A stretch of 64,000 nucleotides of DNA from the human T2T-CHM13v2.0 reference genome, Homo sapiens, in assembly GCF_009914755.1 (NCBI RefSeq), contig NC_060934.1. One strand, 5' to 3'. The notes under the pieces were generated by a model. The model was not told the DNA's origin, ran no database searches, and saw only the letters and a list, made by a program, of their open reading frames with translations. Shown one piece after another: positions 43,609 to 56,894 of this stretch. The first letter of the stretch is position 1. Each line of letters begins with the position of its first letter. Position numbers and translations under genes: made by a program.

Positions 43609-44220
43609 TTGTATTTGGTTTTAACCATTATGTTGAAAGCAGGCCTCACAGGGCCAGAGGGAAGCCCACCTGCCCTTGCCTCTCTCAGCTAGAGTGTTTG
43701 GGTCTGTCTGCCCAGCTTGCTAACTACAGCTTCCCTGTTGGCCCCGGCTCACTGGGGACCACTCTACCCACTCTACCCGGGAAGAGGATTGTTCTTCTGT
43801 CCTCCCAGGGGGCCTGTTCAGCAGGTCTGAAGACAGTTCCCAACTGGTTCTCGGTTCTCCTGTGTGGTCCACAGCTATTCCACAGGACATGCTCACTATA
43901 TTGTATCATTGTGCCCTGGGAGAGCTGGGCATTCAGGAGCCTCTGTCACCAGACTGTCAGGATCAAAGATGACACTTCCTCTCTGTCATCTCTCCTCTGT
44001 CCTTTTTATAGTTTCAAAGTCAGAGAGGGAGATCAAGTGTTATGGAATGGTTCTAGATTATCTAATTATTTCCTTTATAAATTCTGCCTGTGGTGTTTTG
44101 TCTCACACTTCATTATCTATTATTCATTATATTGACATCTTAATCAAATCTGAGGTACCAGAAATTAAATATTCATACCTTATTACACAATATACTCATT
44201 TGCCTTACAAAATTAGGATT

Positions 44221-44523
<303 letters not shown>

Positions 44524-44539
44524 GGAACACCATCAGGAT

Positions 44540-45500
44540 TATACTACCTGTATTTTGTAACTTCTACTTCCCACTCAATATATTGTGAGCTTTTTCCCAC
44601 AGAATTTTCTTAATTTTATATTCTTTTAAACTATTCTTTTATATTCTTTTATAAATATTCCTTATAATATTATAAGAATTTAACGTAAATTATTTTACCA
44701 GTCATCTATGAAGGGCTGTTTAGTGGGTTTCCAATTTTGCCTGCTTACAGTGATTAACAACCATTATGCGTAAGTCTCTGTACCTTGATGTCCAAATGAT
44801 TTCTTGAGGATAAATTCCTAGATTTTGATATATTTTGATAACTTTTCCTCCAGAAAGATTATATCTGTTTACATTTCCGTGAGTGAAAAGTAAAATTGAT
44901 TTTACTTTTTTCTTTACCAACACTGGATAGTATTAATTGCTACTTGTACAGGGAAAATTATATACCACTAATATTTTATATTGTACCTTGATTGCCAGCA
45001 ATATTGAATCCTTTTTTCACTTGTTTATTGGTCAGTTTCATTTGTACCTTTATGAATTTTTAATTATTTTTCTTTGCTCACTTTGAAATACTATAATATT
45101 TCAATCTTATTTAAAAGAGTTTGCTATTTTGAGGATAACAAACTATTCACTATCATATAATTTTTCCAGATTGCTCTTTGATTTATTATTTATGATATTT
45201 TTTGAAGCATACAAAAGTTTTGCCTTTTATGGAGTCAAATCTATTAGGTATTTTTTAAAAAGTAGTTCATATGGGCTAATGCTATCCTTAGCCTAAGAAT
45301 GAAATGAATTAACAGTAATTAAGCTATTCAATTTTATTATATTTCTATCTGAAATTTATGTTAGTGTGTAGTTTTATATTAAGAGTAATATGTTTAAAAA
45401 CACATTTAATTTTTCCAACAGAATTTATTCAATAGTCTGACATTTCTTGATGATTTATAAATATAAATTAATTATATAATATATAATTACACATATTTGG
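44540..45500 (-). mobile_element. Highly diverged L1M fragments
   Basis: T-rich antisense L1-like motifs (GTTTCCAATTTTGCC, GGATAAATTCCTAGA, GAGTCAAATCTATT). Confidence 0.5.
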
Positions 45501-45749
45501 TGTTGTCTGTGGACTTTCTACTCTGCAGATAGGGGTAACACCATGAGAGTATTTAGTTTTAAGAGAATTGTAGTTTACATTTGGTAAGATTATTTCCTCA
45601 ATTTAAAAATATATAATTGGTTAAATATGATTCAACCATATATTGATTTGAACTTGATTACATATGCATTTTAGAATAATATGCTTGAAAAACAACCAAT
45701 ATATGATATTAAATACAATATAGGATTCAAAACAACATGTATGTTATGA

Positions 45750-45850
45750 CTAGGGTGACCATATAACTTATCATCTAAACTAGGATATTTGGAAAGTGAA
45801 AAGCAGAGCTATGAATAATTACACTGGAATAAAAAATATGAGGCAAAACT
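45750..45850. mobile_element. MER81-like hAT MITE
   Basis: TAGGGTGACCATATAA.TTATCATC.AAAC...AGTGAAA...AATAATTACACTGG. Confidence 0.7.
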
Positions 45851-46059
45851 ATACACTCACCCAAATTTGTAACATAAACATGTATATACTTAACTACATA
45901 GGCTTAAAAAAAACTTGAAGGCACTGTATTGCAAAATATGGTAGGATTGCACAATTTTTTCAATATCTTTTGTGTATCTCCCAATTTTCTGCAACACATT
46001 TATATTGTATATATTATTATATTATTTATTTTTAATTATTATTTTAAATTTAATAAATA

Positions 46060-46310
46060 TTAAAAGAATGACAATAATGACAAATGCTTTTTTGATGATT
46101 ACTGCCAGGGACTGTTCTAAGTTTTAACAAATAATCCTCACACAGTGTTGTAAGGTAGATTAAATCAATTCCCACTTTAATGTGTGGAAACTGAGAAAAA
46201 TAAAGTAAATAAATAAATACATAAATAAATAATAAAATAAATAAAATAATTTGCCCAAGGATACACACTTAGTCAATGGAAGCACTGAAATTTTAAACCC
46301 ATTGGGTATA
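46060..46310. mobile_element. MIR with an internal (TAAA)n expansion
   Basis: AATCCTCACACAG...GGAAACTGAG...TAATTTGCCCAAGGATACACAC. Confidence 0.7.
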
Positions 46311-49300
46311 CAGTCTAAAAAAATAGAACATGAAGAAGCAGTTACAAACATTGAGAGAATCGCTTTCCCATAGAGTTATAATTATGATTCCTCACATTGC
46401 TTCTCTTCCTTTGAGCATCATTATTTTTGATGCAACTTTTCATACTGTTCTGCTGTATTAGGATTTGTGGTGTCTTCTAACAAATTGCAATATGGGTTCC
46501 TGTGTAAAACTTGAGGGCTTGGAGAGAGGAGGGTTTTATTTAGTTTTGTCTTGACAGTTGCAACTTCAGTTGCAGTCGGAGTAGGGAAGGCTTTGCTGCA
46601 AGCCACCTTGCTGAGACATGCCCTGAGGTGGTGCTCTGTGTTCATTTCCTAAGCAGAAATTTGCTGTTTTGAGACCTCCACTCTGCTCATAGCATGACTC
46701 CCCAGAGAGAAAATCCTAGCAGTGTCTCTGGTCTCTGCTTATAGGGCACCTACAGCTGAGGTTGGTGTAAGACAGGTGTCTCGTGGCCATGGCTACCTGC
46801 TCAAGAAGGTGTAAAGCCCAGGACAAATGCCTAAGTTTCACCACTCGCCCTACCCTCTGCTACCTTTGCCCTCATCCTCTCCATGTGAGCAATCTTAGTA
46901 GGGTTCTTATCACTCCTATAAGGTGTTTGGAGCCTGATTCTGCTCAACTCTCCATATAGTTTAATTTTATATACAAGTTTTTGTAGTGTATTTCTACCTT
47001 TACTGTATTTGGCCTGTCACCTATATGTGAGGATGGTGCCTCCTTCTGAGATTTATCCATTGATGTAGCTCCCCCTCCACATCCCATATTCATAATTTTT
47101 TTTCATGGAAAGCATATGTGGGGACAGTCTTTTGTGAGTATTCCAATGGCCTTTTTAACTAGAAGTTTCCAAAGGGTTCACTTTTGAGTGAGTAGAAGGA
47201 AGCACTGAAAAAAAAAAAAAAAGATGGAAAATGGGGCCAAGACTACCCGAAGATTAAAAGCAAAGAAACAATAACCACAAAACCCAATTAGCCCTCAATC
47301 AAAAGGGTCCAGCACATTGGAGATTACTTTCATTCTGCCATCCATAGCTTTCTGTGCTTCTTTCTCATAGTCCACTTTGGATAAATTTCAATCACATCTA
47401 ATAACATCACATGTGTCACTAGACAGACACAACCACTTTCTGCAAAATTCAGAGGAAAACCATAATCATTTTCAACTCTGTTAACTAGACTTTCCTAAAT
47501 GAATCTATTTATTTACATTCTATGCCCAAGAGCTACATTTTGAAGATAAATAGCAGAATTACCTATTTCTTTTGATGGTGTTTTACATGACACTGATGTT
47601 AGGAGACAACCAACACAGTGCTGTACCAAGTAACACGCCCATGATCCTCCTTTTCCTGAGACAGCTATTTTCATAGAATATGATAGAGCAATTTCACCAA
47701 TGTGTGACTGACATGAAATGGAATGGTTTGAGCTATTATCATCTTTATTTCTAATTTGGTACTACCAGCGTTTCAGTTTTTAATATAGTTTTAAAAAATT
47801 GGACACATGAATTATAAATAATATCTCATAATGTGGATTAAGAACACAAACAGAGAGAAGCAGAAAAACTGACTACATTGTTGACAGTAGTCAGAGACAC
47901 AGGGTTCTGAATTTTCTCTTAAGAGAAACATCTCCTTAGGTCCCCTTAGGCCCATATTTCAAGTTCCAACAGAGTTTTTCATGGAATGAGGACTTAACTG
48001 AGTGCCAAATTTCATGCTAGGCCTCTGTCTACACATCCTTATTTATTATTTCTGAGTTATAGTAATTTTATGGTTGAGGCAACAGACATTCAGATAAATT
48101 AATTCACCTACAAAAATAATCAATTTGTAAGAATTTGAAATCAAATCTGCTGAGTCCACATTTTAGCCATCAAAGGGCCTTTTGATATGGGCCAACCAAA
48201 TTTTCTTGCAATAGGAAACTTTTTAATATTTATTTTACTTTATTTTTTCATGAGGGGTCAAGAGCAAAACATTCTCCATCATTTATTGAAATTAATATCT
48301 TCATTAAGTGTCATGACAAGAGGTATAATTAAAAATGTAACTTGAAATATGTCAAAAGATGGATGCATAATTAGTACAGTTTGGGGTAAAATCATTGCAT
48401 TAAGCAAAGCAGTCCACCGTATATAACCTAATTCTTGTACATGATACGCACTTGACAAAACTGTGAACAATTAAAATGAATTTTTGATGATTTGTTTGAT
48501 ATGTGGATAAATTTTTTAGAACCAGCACTGGATCTTCTGAATTCCTGGCTCCCCTAACTATTTTTAGTCTCTCCTTATGAATAAGCTGTCAGTGGTCAAT
48601 TATACTGGTTGGTGTCTCCACTGTCTCCATTTTCTTGGGAATCTTGAAAAGTCAATCCCTTAGGGAAGTTTTGTTTGAGAATTAAGGTGGAATTGATCTG
48701 GCAGATAAACATTAGATTCCCACTGTGCTTTAAACCATGAGAAGGTTATCAAATTTTCAGTTTTTCCTGATTTCTTGTCTTCACAGAAAAGCTCTGTGAT
48801 TATACATGCAGGACATTTTTAAATATTGGGCATAACCCACTTTAGTTGTCCAGGAACACATTCCAGATCCAATAGGAGTGCTTTGTGGATAATCTGTAAG
48901 TGGTGTTCCTTAATTAAGAGTGAGCAACGGGGAATTTGTAAATCAAAAACACATCCCTATAGTGTAAGCCAATTCAGCTACAAGTAACATTTATTAACAA
49001 CCTATTCTAGTTCATACAAGAAACCTTGCCAGGTACATGCACAAAAGTTCTGTCATTTAACTCTTACAGGATAAAGTAGCTATTAGTATCCTCATTTTTG
49101 AACTATGTAAATAAGATTAGAAAAGGAAACCCTAGATGAAGAACATCATCAAGACTTATTGTAAGATATAAGAAGAACTAAATTGAGAGATAATAGCATG
49201 ACCTACCATAGAATACTTTTGTAGAATGGAATTGTTCCTTAAATATCTATTGCTATAGTTCCAAATACAATCCTCAGACTATGTCTTAAATGTTTTTCTT

Positions 49301-49609
49301 AGCTTTTGTTTGTTTGTTTGTTTCTTGTGTATCTAATTATGGAACTTAATCACCAGCTTGTTGAGGACAAATATGCTGGATTTGGTTACCACTACATCTC
49401 AAGTGCCTTTCATGCTTCCATTACATCAGGCACTCAGGTAATTTTGATTGAATGAGTGAAAGAGAGACTTGTTTAAGGTAACATGTTTTACTAGCTCCCA
49501 TTTTAAATGTGGTTTTAGTACACCTACTTTAAAATTTATTTAGTATTCACCCAATGTCTATGACTTTGCTAAGAATTATGGATAATTAATACAGTAACAG
49601 TATATTTTA

Positions 49610-51060
49610 TTTTATTTTAAAAACCTATTTTAATTGAATTTAATTTTTAGGATAGTAATACATTCACATGGTTCAGTATCAAACAGCATAAAGAGGTTTA
49701 CAATAAAATGTATTCTACCCTTATCCCCCATTTACCCAGTTCTTCTGTGATAGGCAATCAATGCCGTTAATTCCTTGTAAATCTTTGTAAAGCTACTGTA
49801 TAAACGTATAAGTAAAATGAACAAAAAATCCCCTTATCTCTTTTTATATAAATAACAGCTCGTAATACACACTGTTCCACATCTCGCTTTTTCATCTAGC
49901 AATGATCTAGCTTTTTCATCTAAAATGATCTTCAAGATCATTTTATTTCAGTTCATACAGAACATTCTAATTCTTTTTATAATTGTATACAATTCCATTC
50001 ATTGCATATAGCATAATATGACTGCTATGGTCTGAATGTTAATGTTCCCACCAAAAATTCATATGTTGAAACATAATTACCAATGTGATGACATTAGGAG
50101 GTAGATTAGATCATCAGAGTGAAGTCCTCATGAATGGGATTAATGACCTTAAAGAGGCTCAAGAGCTGCCTTGCTTCTTCCACCATGTGAGGACACAGCA
50201 AGAAGACGCAGTATAAGTACAAGGGCCTTTTACCTGCCAGCACTTTGATCTTGGACTTCCCAGCCTTTAGGATCATAATAAATAGATTTCTGTTATTTAT
50301 AAACGACCCAGTTTATGGTATTTTGTTACAGCAATCCAAAGGGACTCAGAAAACGATGTAACAACCCATCTGTGAATTTGCATTTGGTTTATTTGCTGTT
50401 TAAATTATGCTACTTTAAGTAGTATATAGAATAAATTTCTAAAGTGGAAAATGTGGGTGAAATATATGTACCTTTATAGACCTTTGGGTTCTCCTCATTG
50501 TCATACTACTAGAATGGTACCAATTTAAAATCTTAAATCCTCTGTTTTCCAAAGCCTCTTTGACATGACGGTTTGTTTTATGAAACTATATTTGTCTTTG
50601 TTTAATCTTAGAAGTGAAGAATACTAACTCATTCATTTTTAAATTTAATTCTTTTTATGATGAGTGACATGAAAACATCTTTTTATATTTTAAAAGTTTT
50701 TTATTTTTTCTTTCCTGTGAAGTCTCTTTAATATTCCTCCCCAGTGTGTAATTCAGTTATTGGTGATTTTCTTATTGATTTGTAGGAGCTATTTTTATTT
50801 AAGGGAAATGAGGCCTTTGATTATGACATGAGATTGAAGTAGTTTTTTTCTTTTGATCTTTGCATTTTGTCTTTGATTATGATAGTTCAGGCACAACAGG
50901 AAACTTCTTTTTCCTTTCTTTTTTTCCATGCATTCCTCTTTTCTCCCTCCCTCCTTCTTTCTTTCCTCTCTTCATTTCTTTGTTTTTCCTTCCTTCTTTC
51001 TTTCTTTCTTTTATTCTTTTATTAGAATAATTCATTTTTTACCATTGTGGCTATTGGGTT
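49610..51060 (-). mobile_element. Old L1M fragment, interrupted by a MaLR LTR
   Basis: GTAATACATTCACATGGTTCA, AATTCCATT and TCTTATTGATTTGTAGGAGCT motifs. Confidence 0.55.
50022..50352 (+). mobile_element. MaLR solo LTR (MLT1A-like)
   Basis: TGCTATGGTCTGAATG...TTCATATGTTGAAA...CCATGTGAGGACACAGC...TGGTATTTTGTTACAGCA. Confidence 0.88.
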
Positions 51061-51085
51061 TTGTTTACTACCTTTAAAAAGTTCC

Positions 51086-51379
51086 ACCGGGAGTGGTGGC
51101 TCACACCTGCAATCCCAGCACTTTGGGAGGCTGAGGTGGGCAGATCATGAGGTTAGGAGATTGAGACCATCCTGGCCAACATGGTGAAACCCCGTCTTTA
51201 CTAAATATACAAAAATTACCTGGGCATGGTGGCACATGCATGTAATCCTAGTTCTTTGGGAGGTTGAGGCAGGAGAATTGCTTGAGCCAGGGAGTCAGAG
51301 GTTGCAGTGAGCCAAGATCATGCCTCTGCACTCCAGCCTGGCAAAAGAGTGAGACTCCATCTCAAAAAAAAAAAAAAAA
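51086..51379 (+). mobile_element. Alu (AluSc-like)
   Basis: GATCATGAGG..AGGAGATTGAGACCATCC; TSD AAAAAGTTCC. Confidence 0.94.
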
Positions 51380-54189
51380 GTTCCTTCTCACTCCAAATTT
51401 ATTCACTAATATTTCTATCTAAAAATTTTAGGAATGTAATTATTTCAGTATTTTTTCCTTAAATCTTGAAATGAATCCAGACTTCTTTTTTCCTAGATGA
51501 TTACACAGATTCCCAAGATCATTTAATTAGTAATATTATTAGCAGCATATTTGTCAGTATTAAATCGTATTTATTTATTAATAATGTCATATTCTTATAA
51601 ATGAATGAAAAGATACATAATGAAATATTTCACATTTATTTGGTTCTATTTCTATTCTGTTCTATGGATCCATATATTTGTACATCATTATAATATTCTT
51701 AATTATTAGGGTTTTATTAAATATATTAAAATATATAAAAGGAGAGCATACCCTTCGTTAGCTGTCTTCCATATCCCCCAAAATTTGTATTTGGGTTTTA
51801 TGAACTCATTTCTGTCTCACCAGTGATTACTAATATATACTTAGGAGTTGATTGTTACACTTAAAGGTAGCTATGATGAAACATGAGTTAATGAAGCAGA
51901 AGAAGCCAGGCTACATAATGAGAGAAGATTAAAATAACAGAGAAAGGGGGGAAAAGAAAAAAAAAAAAAGCAGATAAAGATTGCTTTGCTTCTGGAAATG
52001 GCAACCCAACTAACTCTCTTATTTTTTTCATAGCCAGGAAAGAAAACTTACTATCATTTCCAAATGACAAGCCTCAACCCAATTTAATTAGCTTTACCTT
52101 GAGATCCAGAGACCAATCCTGTTCTATGTAGCTTTATTTGACTCCTAACATCCCTTGATCTTTCTATTCTGTGGGGTGTTTCATTATCTAAAGCAAATAT
52201 ATACTACTTAAACATAAAAAATTGTAACATTATGAGGGGTGACTCATTACTGGTGTGTAATATCATGGTACCAGACATTACTAATATGTAAGGAGCATGA
52301 GCAGAAAGACACCAGCCTGTGTATAGCCATAGACTACTATGCTTTTAATTGTTTTGAGATTGAGTGTCTCAAGATCTAGATAAATCAGCAAGATGAAAGA
52401 TGCTGAACACTGACATCTTCTTTGTGCCTTGTGAAAAGAAACAAATGACATCTCTGAGCTGCTTAGAAAAGAATTATACCTGGGATAGTGGTCAAGAGTG
52501 GGGAGATATATCTCAGGAGAGTCTCAGGTAGTTTGAGTTTTTTTCCTGTTCCCTTCATAACAAACATGATTCACAGCAACCATTGTAGTATTATCAGTAA
52601 ACAAGGCTCCTGTTTACATGGTGACCTGAAATAGACCCTGTAGCCAGACATATCCATCCTTCCTTGTTCCAAACACACAAATTTTACTATACTGCCTTTG
52701 TAGTCACTACCATTTTCCTTCAATGGAGTTACTTTCTTCCTGCAGTAATCTCATAGTAATTTGTACACTCTTCTCAAACAATCAACCTCAAAAGGATCTA
52801 CCATTTGTTGGACACCTAATACTTCTTTTGAACACTTGATCTCATTTTATCTCAGCCTCTCTGCCCAAAAAATCATCTAGATTGATATTACTGCTGTCAT
52901 TTTTCAGGCTAGATGCTGAATCCTATTTCTAGCTGAAGCTTAGGCCATAGCTTCACTTCAGGCTGCAGCAGAATAAGGGAAGGGAAGAATCTGAGTCCCC
53001 TGGCTTCCACTGGGGTGGGGAGTTTCCTCAGAGATAGGGAGAATTCTTCCAACCAAAGGAAATTTGGGAAATATTAGGAAACAGGATTATCTGCTGAGAA
53101 GGACAAAACCATTCCACTGTAAATCAATTGATTAATCCACATACAAACAACAGGTTTTCTTGCACAGGAAAAACTCTGACACATATTTTACTTTACTTTT
53201 GTCCTTAAGGACCTGATGATAGGCCTAGGTACACCATCTACTTCACATTTTTCTAATCTTCCTGTTTAATGTCGCAATCAAACAAGAAAAGAAGCAGCTT
53301 TACTTGTTCCTTGTAAACCATGTTGTCCCTCAGTGATGCCAGCATCTTCCACTGGCTCATATTGACCAATATTTCATACAAGTGTTCTTGCACCTTGCAG
53401 TTGCACCTAGCATCTTCCTGATTTACAGTCTCAGAACTCGCTCTGTAGACACCTTTTTTTTTTCTAAACTGAAAACGTACCATTTGTTTTCCATCTTCCT
53501 GTAACTCCTCTAAGAAAGCAGATGGTGGATCAGATCTCAGGCCAAAGTTCTCTCCAGATATGGGATATAATCCAAGCAACCTGGTACCTGGGAACTCATT
53601 TTTACTCCTGTGAGCTCTTATCCATCATTCTGGACTTCAGCAGCTGCTCTTCAGCGTCTGTTTATTCTTTTCTACTGAACTCCCTTCTCTTTGACAGAAA
53701 GCGTGGCTACAGAAAACATTCTGACTAATTCTGTTTGGGGTCAGTCATGAATAACTTTATTCCAACAGCTTCCAATGGCAGGCAAATCCTTTCCCGGTTT
53801 TACATACTAATGTAAAATAATTCTCAAGGATAAATCTATGCTTAACATATTCAAATTAAACTTTCCAGTCAGATAATATATTCTCCTTAATGTGCCCAGT
53901 GTATGTAGTTCGTAGTATACACTAACTGCAATCTACTGATTTATTTGATTGTGCACCTAAAATATACAAGTAGTACATTTCACAAGTAAGTACAAATTCT
54001 TCTTTTCAGAGTGGAGAAAGAAATATATGGATCCTGTCCTCATGGAACTTATACAGATGATAACTAACACTAGTTACTACTTAATTTAAAAGTGGTACAA
54101 AGTACCAGGAAGTAAATGTCCAGAATGCAATAATGATATGTAACAGTGAAACAAACTGGACCTTGTTGGAGAGAAGGTTTTCAGGAATA

Positions 54190-54990
54190 TATTCATTCAG
54201 TCATTCATTCAACACTTGCTGTGAACCAAGCACTACTGTTTTTTTTTTTTTCTTATTTGGAAAAAAGCTGCATATTTCATTGACTCTTCTGAACAAAGGT
54301 CATTAATACAAAAGCACTTGTAAGTTGCTTTACCTGGGGAAAGTATTTTGGTGATTTTTATCTAGGTGAAGTTTTCTGGGCTCAAAAATCTTTTCCTAAC
54401 AGGTTGATTTTAATAACAGTCCAAACTATTCCAAAACAAAACAAAACTGTTTTCCTCTCTTCCTAAACAGAAACAATGGCATCCGGAGCTGAAAATAGCG
54501 TTAATTACATGAAAAGTTTGTGATGCACAGGATTTGCTCTGGAGTATGAAAAGTGTGTCTTAGACTTATGTTTATACTCACATAAAATGAGCAAAAAACG
54601 ATAGTCCTCTTCAGGAAGAGATTATCTGATGAAAATCTGCAAAGATACTTCAATCTTTCTATGTACTGGAGAGTTTATGAAGCCCCAACCACTGTTCTAA
54701 GTAGTGAGACACTTTACCACTTTTTGTACACGTGTTGGGTTGGAGAGTGACAGACTGAAAATAAATATGGAAATTACTGAATAAACTTATCAGACAGTGA
54801 TAAGGTAATTCAGTAGAGAATGATTAGATTGCTACTTTATTCTGAGTTTCACTAGAGAAGAAATATTTAAACTGAGATCTGAATAACAAGAAAGAAAATT
54901 CTTCGGGGAAGGAGCATTCCATAGGGAGAAAACATCCATGGAAAAGACCTTAAGCCTGGGATAAACCTGATATGCTCAAAACAAAATAAA
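54190..54990 (-). mobile_element. L2 3' fragment split by a ~450-bp insertion
   Basis: (ATTC)n terminus with CCAAGCAC at 54190-54240; resumes ACTGTTCTAAG at 54691 and continues CTGAGATCTGAA...GGAAGGAGCATTCCA. Confidence 0.7.
54239..54690 (-). pseudogene. Candidate retroposed RNA 3' end (processed pseudogene fragment or orphan transduction); source unidentified
   Basis: T13 at the left end; AATGAA about 25 nt upstream of the poly(A) on the minus strand; TSD AC(T/C)ACTGTT; interrupts an L2. Confidence 0.55.
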
Positions 54991-56385
54991 ACATACACAC
55001 AAAATGTCAGAATGAATGATGCAATATATTGGATGAAGAGGAATGTGATCATATCATTGTCATCCTAATGACGACCCCTTTGAGAGTGAAAGGAGATGAT
55101 GCTCTGTATAATAATAACCAGGCCACAAGCAGGCATGCAGCCCCTTCTGGTTGAATAATTGAGAAACGAAAGTCTGCTAGAAGGAGAGGCTCAATAAATA
55201 TTTGTTGAAGGAAGGAATAATTGCTCTCACTCTAATGGAATTTTTTTTTAAATTTCTTAACAAATTGATTTAATTAAATCTAGTTCTAGATGTATTTATA
55301 TTTTAAAATATTTTAATTTGGGCATTTTTGGCTTGATTTGGTCAGTGTCTTTGTTTTTAGAGCTCCAGATGGCTCCAAAATATTTTTGTTCTCAGCCTTT
55401 CTCTATGTTAATACTATCAGTGAGGCCAACTTAGACAGGTGTCCCATGTGAATTGCAATTATTTCACCTCAAATGGTTTGTCTTACCCTAGTCAAAACAA
55501 AGCAGCTTTGATTTACTACAGTTGAGGTAGAAGAGAGATTGCTGAAGGTTACAAGCCTGATTCTGCTTTTATTGTGTCATTTGAGGTTGACCTTTATGCT
55601 CCAGTAACCTCCCTGAATCTGTGTTTTTCCAAGTGTCTGTAATGCTCAGTGTTGGGCATAGCCCTGGATGACACTTTCAGATGAGGAAGTCTGCTGAACA
55701 TCTGGCTAAAAAGCAAGTTTTGGAGAGCATTTTAGGACTTAAAATATAAAGTCTAACAGTTTTCTGTATTATAAATGACCAGATCAGCATCTATAGATGT
55801 ATTTTTATGAGTAATAAAGTATAAGGGGAAAGGCTTGCAGAGAGAAAAAGCAAGGAAGAGAAGTATGTCAATGAATACAAATTCTCTCATTTGATAAGAA
55901 AATATAAAATTATGAATAAATGTATGACATCTCATTGCAAGATATGATAAGACTCAATTTCCCCTGTTTATTGTCACCGAATATCTAGGAAACAAAAATT
56001 TTCAGGACTTCAGTATTTTAGCAGGAAGAAATCTAGTGACTATAGATTGCCTACCCCTCACCATCTCACCAGTGAAGGTCTTGGTCAGTAGTCTGTAGCT
56101 CTCCATTTTCTGCCCCCTAAATGTGTCTTGCAGTGAGTGGTCAGTGGTCAAATGAATGGAACAGTAGAGGCACTTCTATATCAGCATGAAAAACCAGTGA
56201 AATGCTGTCTTGCCAATACTGTGTATACAGAGAGACATTTATAAAATAATAAGCAGGTAAAACTTGTCTTGGCAAAAGGCTGGCTCATTACATTCAGTGA
56301 ATGTTAAAAAAAAAAAAAAGTCCTCTGTGGTGATAAGTAAAATAGACCATCACCACCCAAATCAAGCCACATTAACATCTTGAAC

Positions 56386-56894
56386 TGCTATGCTTTGGAT
56401 ATGGTTTGTCCCTGCCAAAACTCATGTTGAAATTTGATCCCCAATGGGGCAGTGTTGGGAGGTAGGACCTAGTGAGAGATGTTTGGGCCATGGGGGCAGA
56501 TCTGTCATGAAGAGATTAATGTCCTCTTACAAGTAAGTTCTCCATCTAAAGGGAATGGGTTAGTCTGGTGTTAAAAGGAGCCTGGCTTTCTTGGTCTCTC
56601 TCTCTCTCTCTCTCTTACTTCCTCTCTTACTACGCAATCTGTTTGCATATGCCTACTCCCATTCTACTTTCTGCCTTAAATTGAAGCAGCATGAGGCCCT
56701 CACCAGATGCAGCTGATACATGCTGAGAGTAAATTAAACCTTCCAGTCACCAGAATTGTTAGCCAAATAAACCTCTTTTGTTGGTAGAAAATCTTGAACT
56801 TTCCAGTCACCAGAATTGTTAGCCAAATAAACCTCTTTTCTTTGTAGATTGCCCAGACTCAAAAATTCTTTTATAACAACTCTAAACAGAGACA
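56386..56894 (+). mobile_element. MaLR solo LTR (MSTB-like) with an internal insertion
   Basis: TGCTATG.TTTGGATATGGTTTGTCCC...CTCATGTTGAAATTTGATCCCCAATG...GACA; TSD TGAAC/TTAAC. Confidence 0.88.

Noticed and set aside
43371-44135. 254-aa ORF
   Set aside because: The N-terminal third is translated antisense AluJ, and the rest has no recognisable domain or exon structure.
53253-53728. 108-aa and 68-aa ORFs, or a possible ancient CR1/L3 remnant
   Set aside because: No recognisable protein motif, and the repeat similarity is too weak to call by eye.
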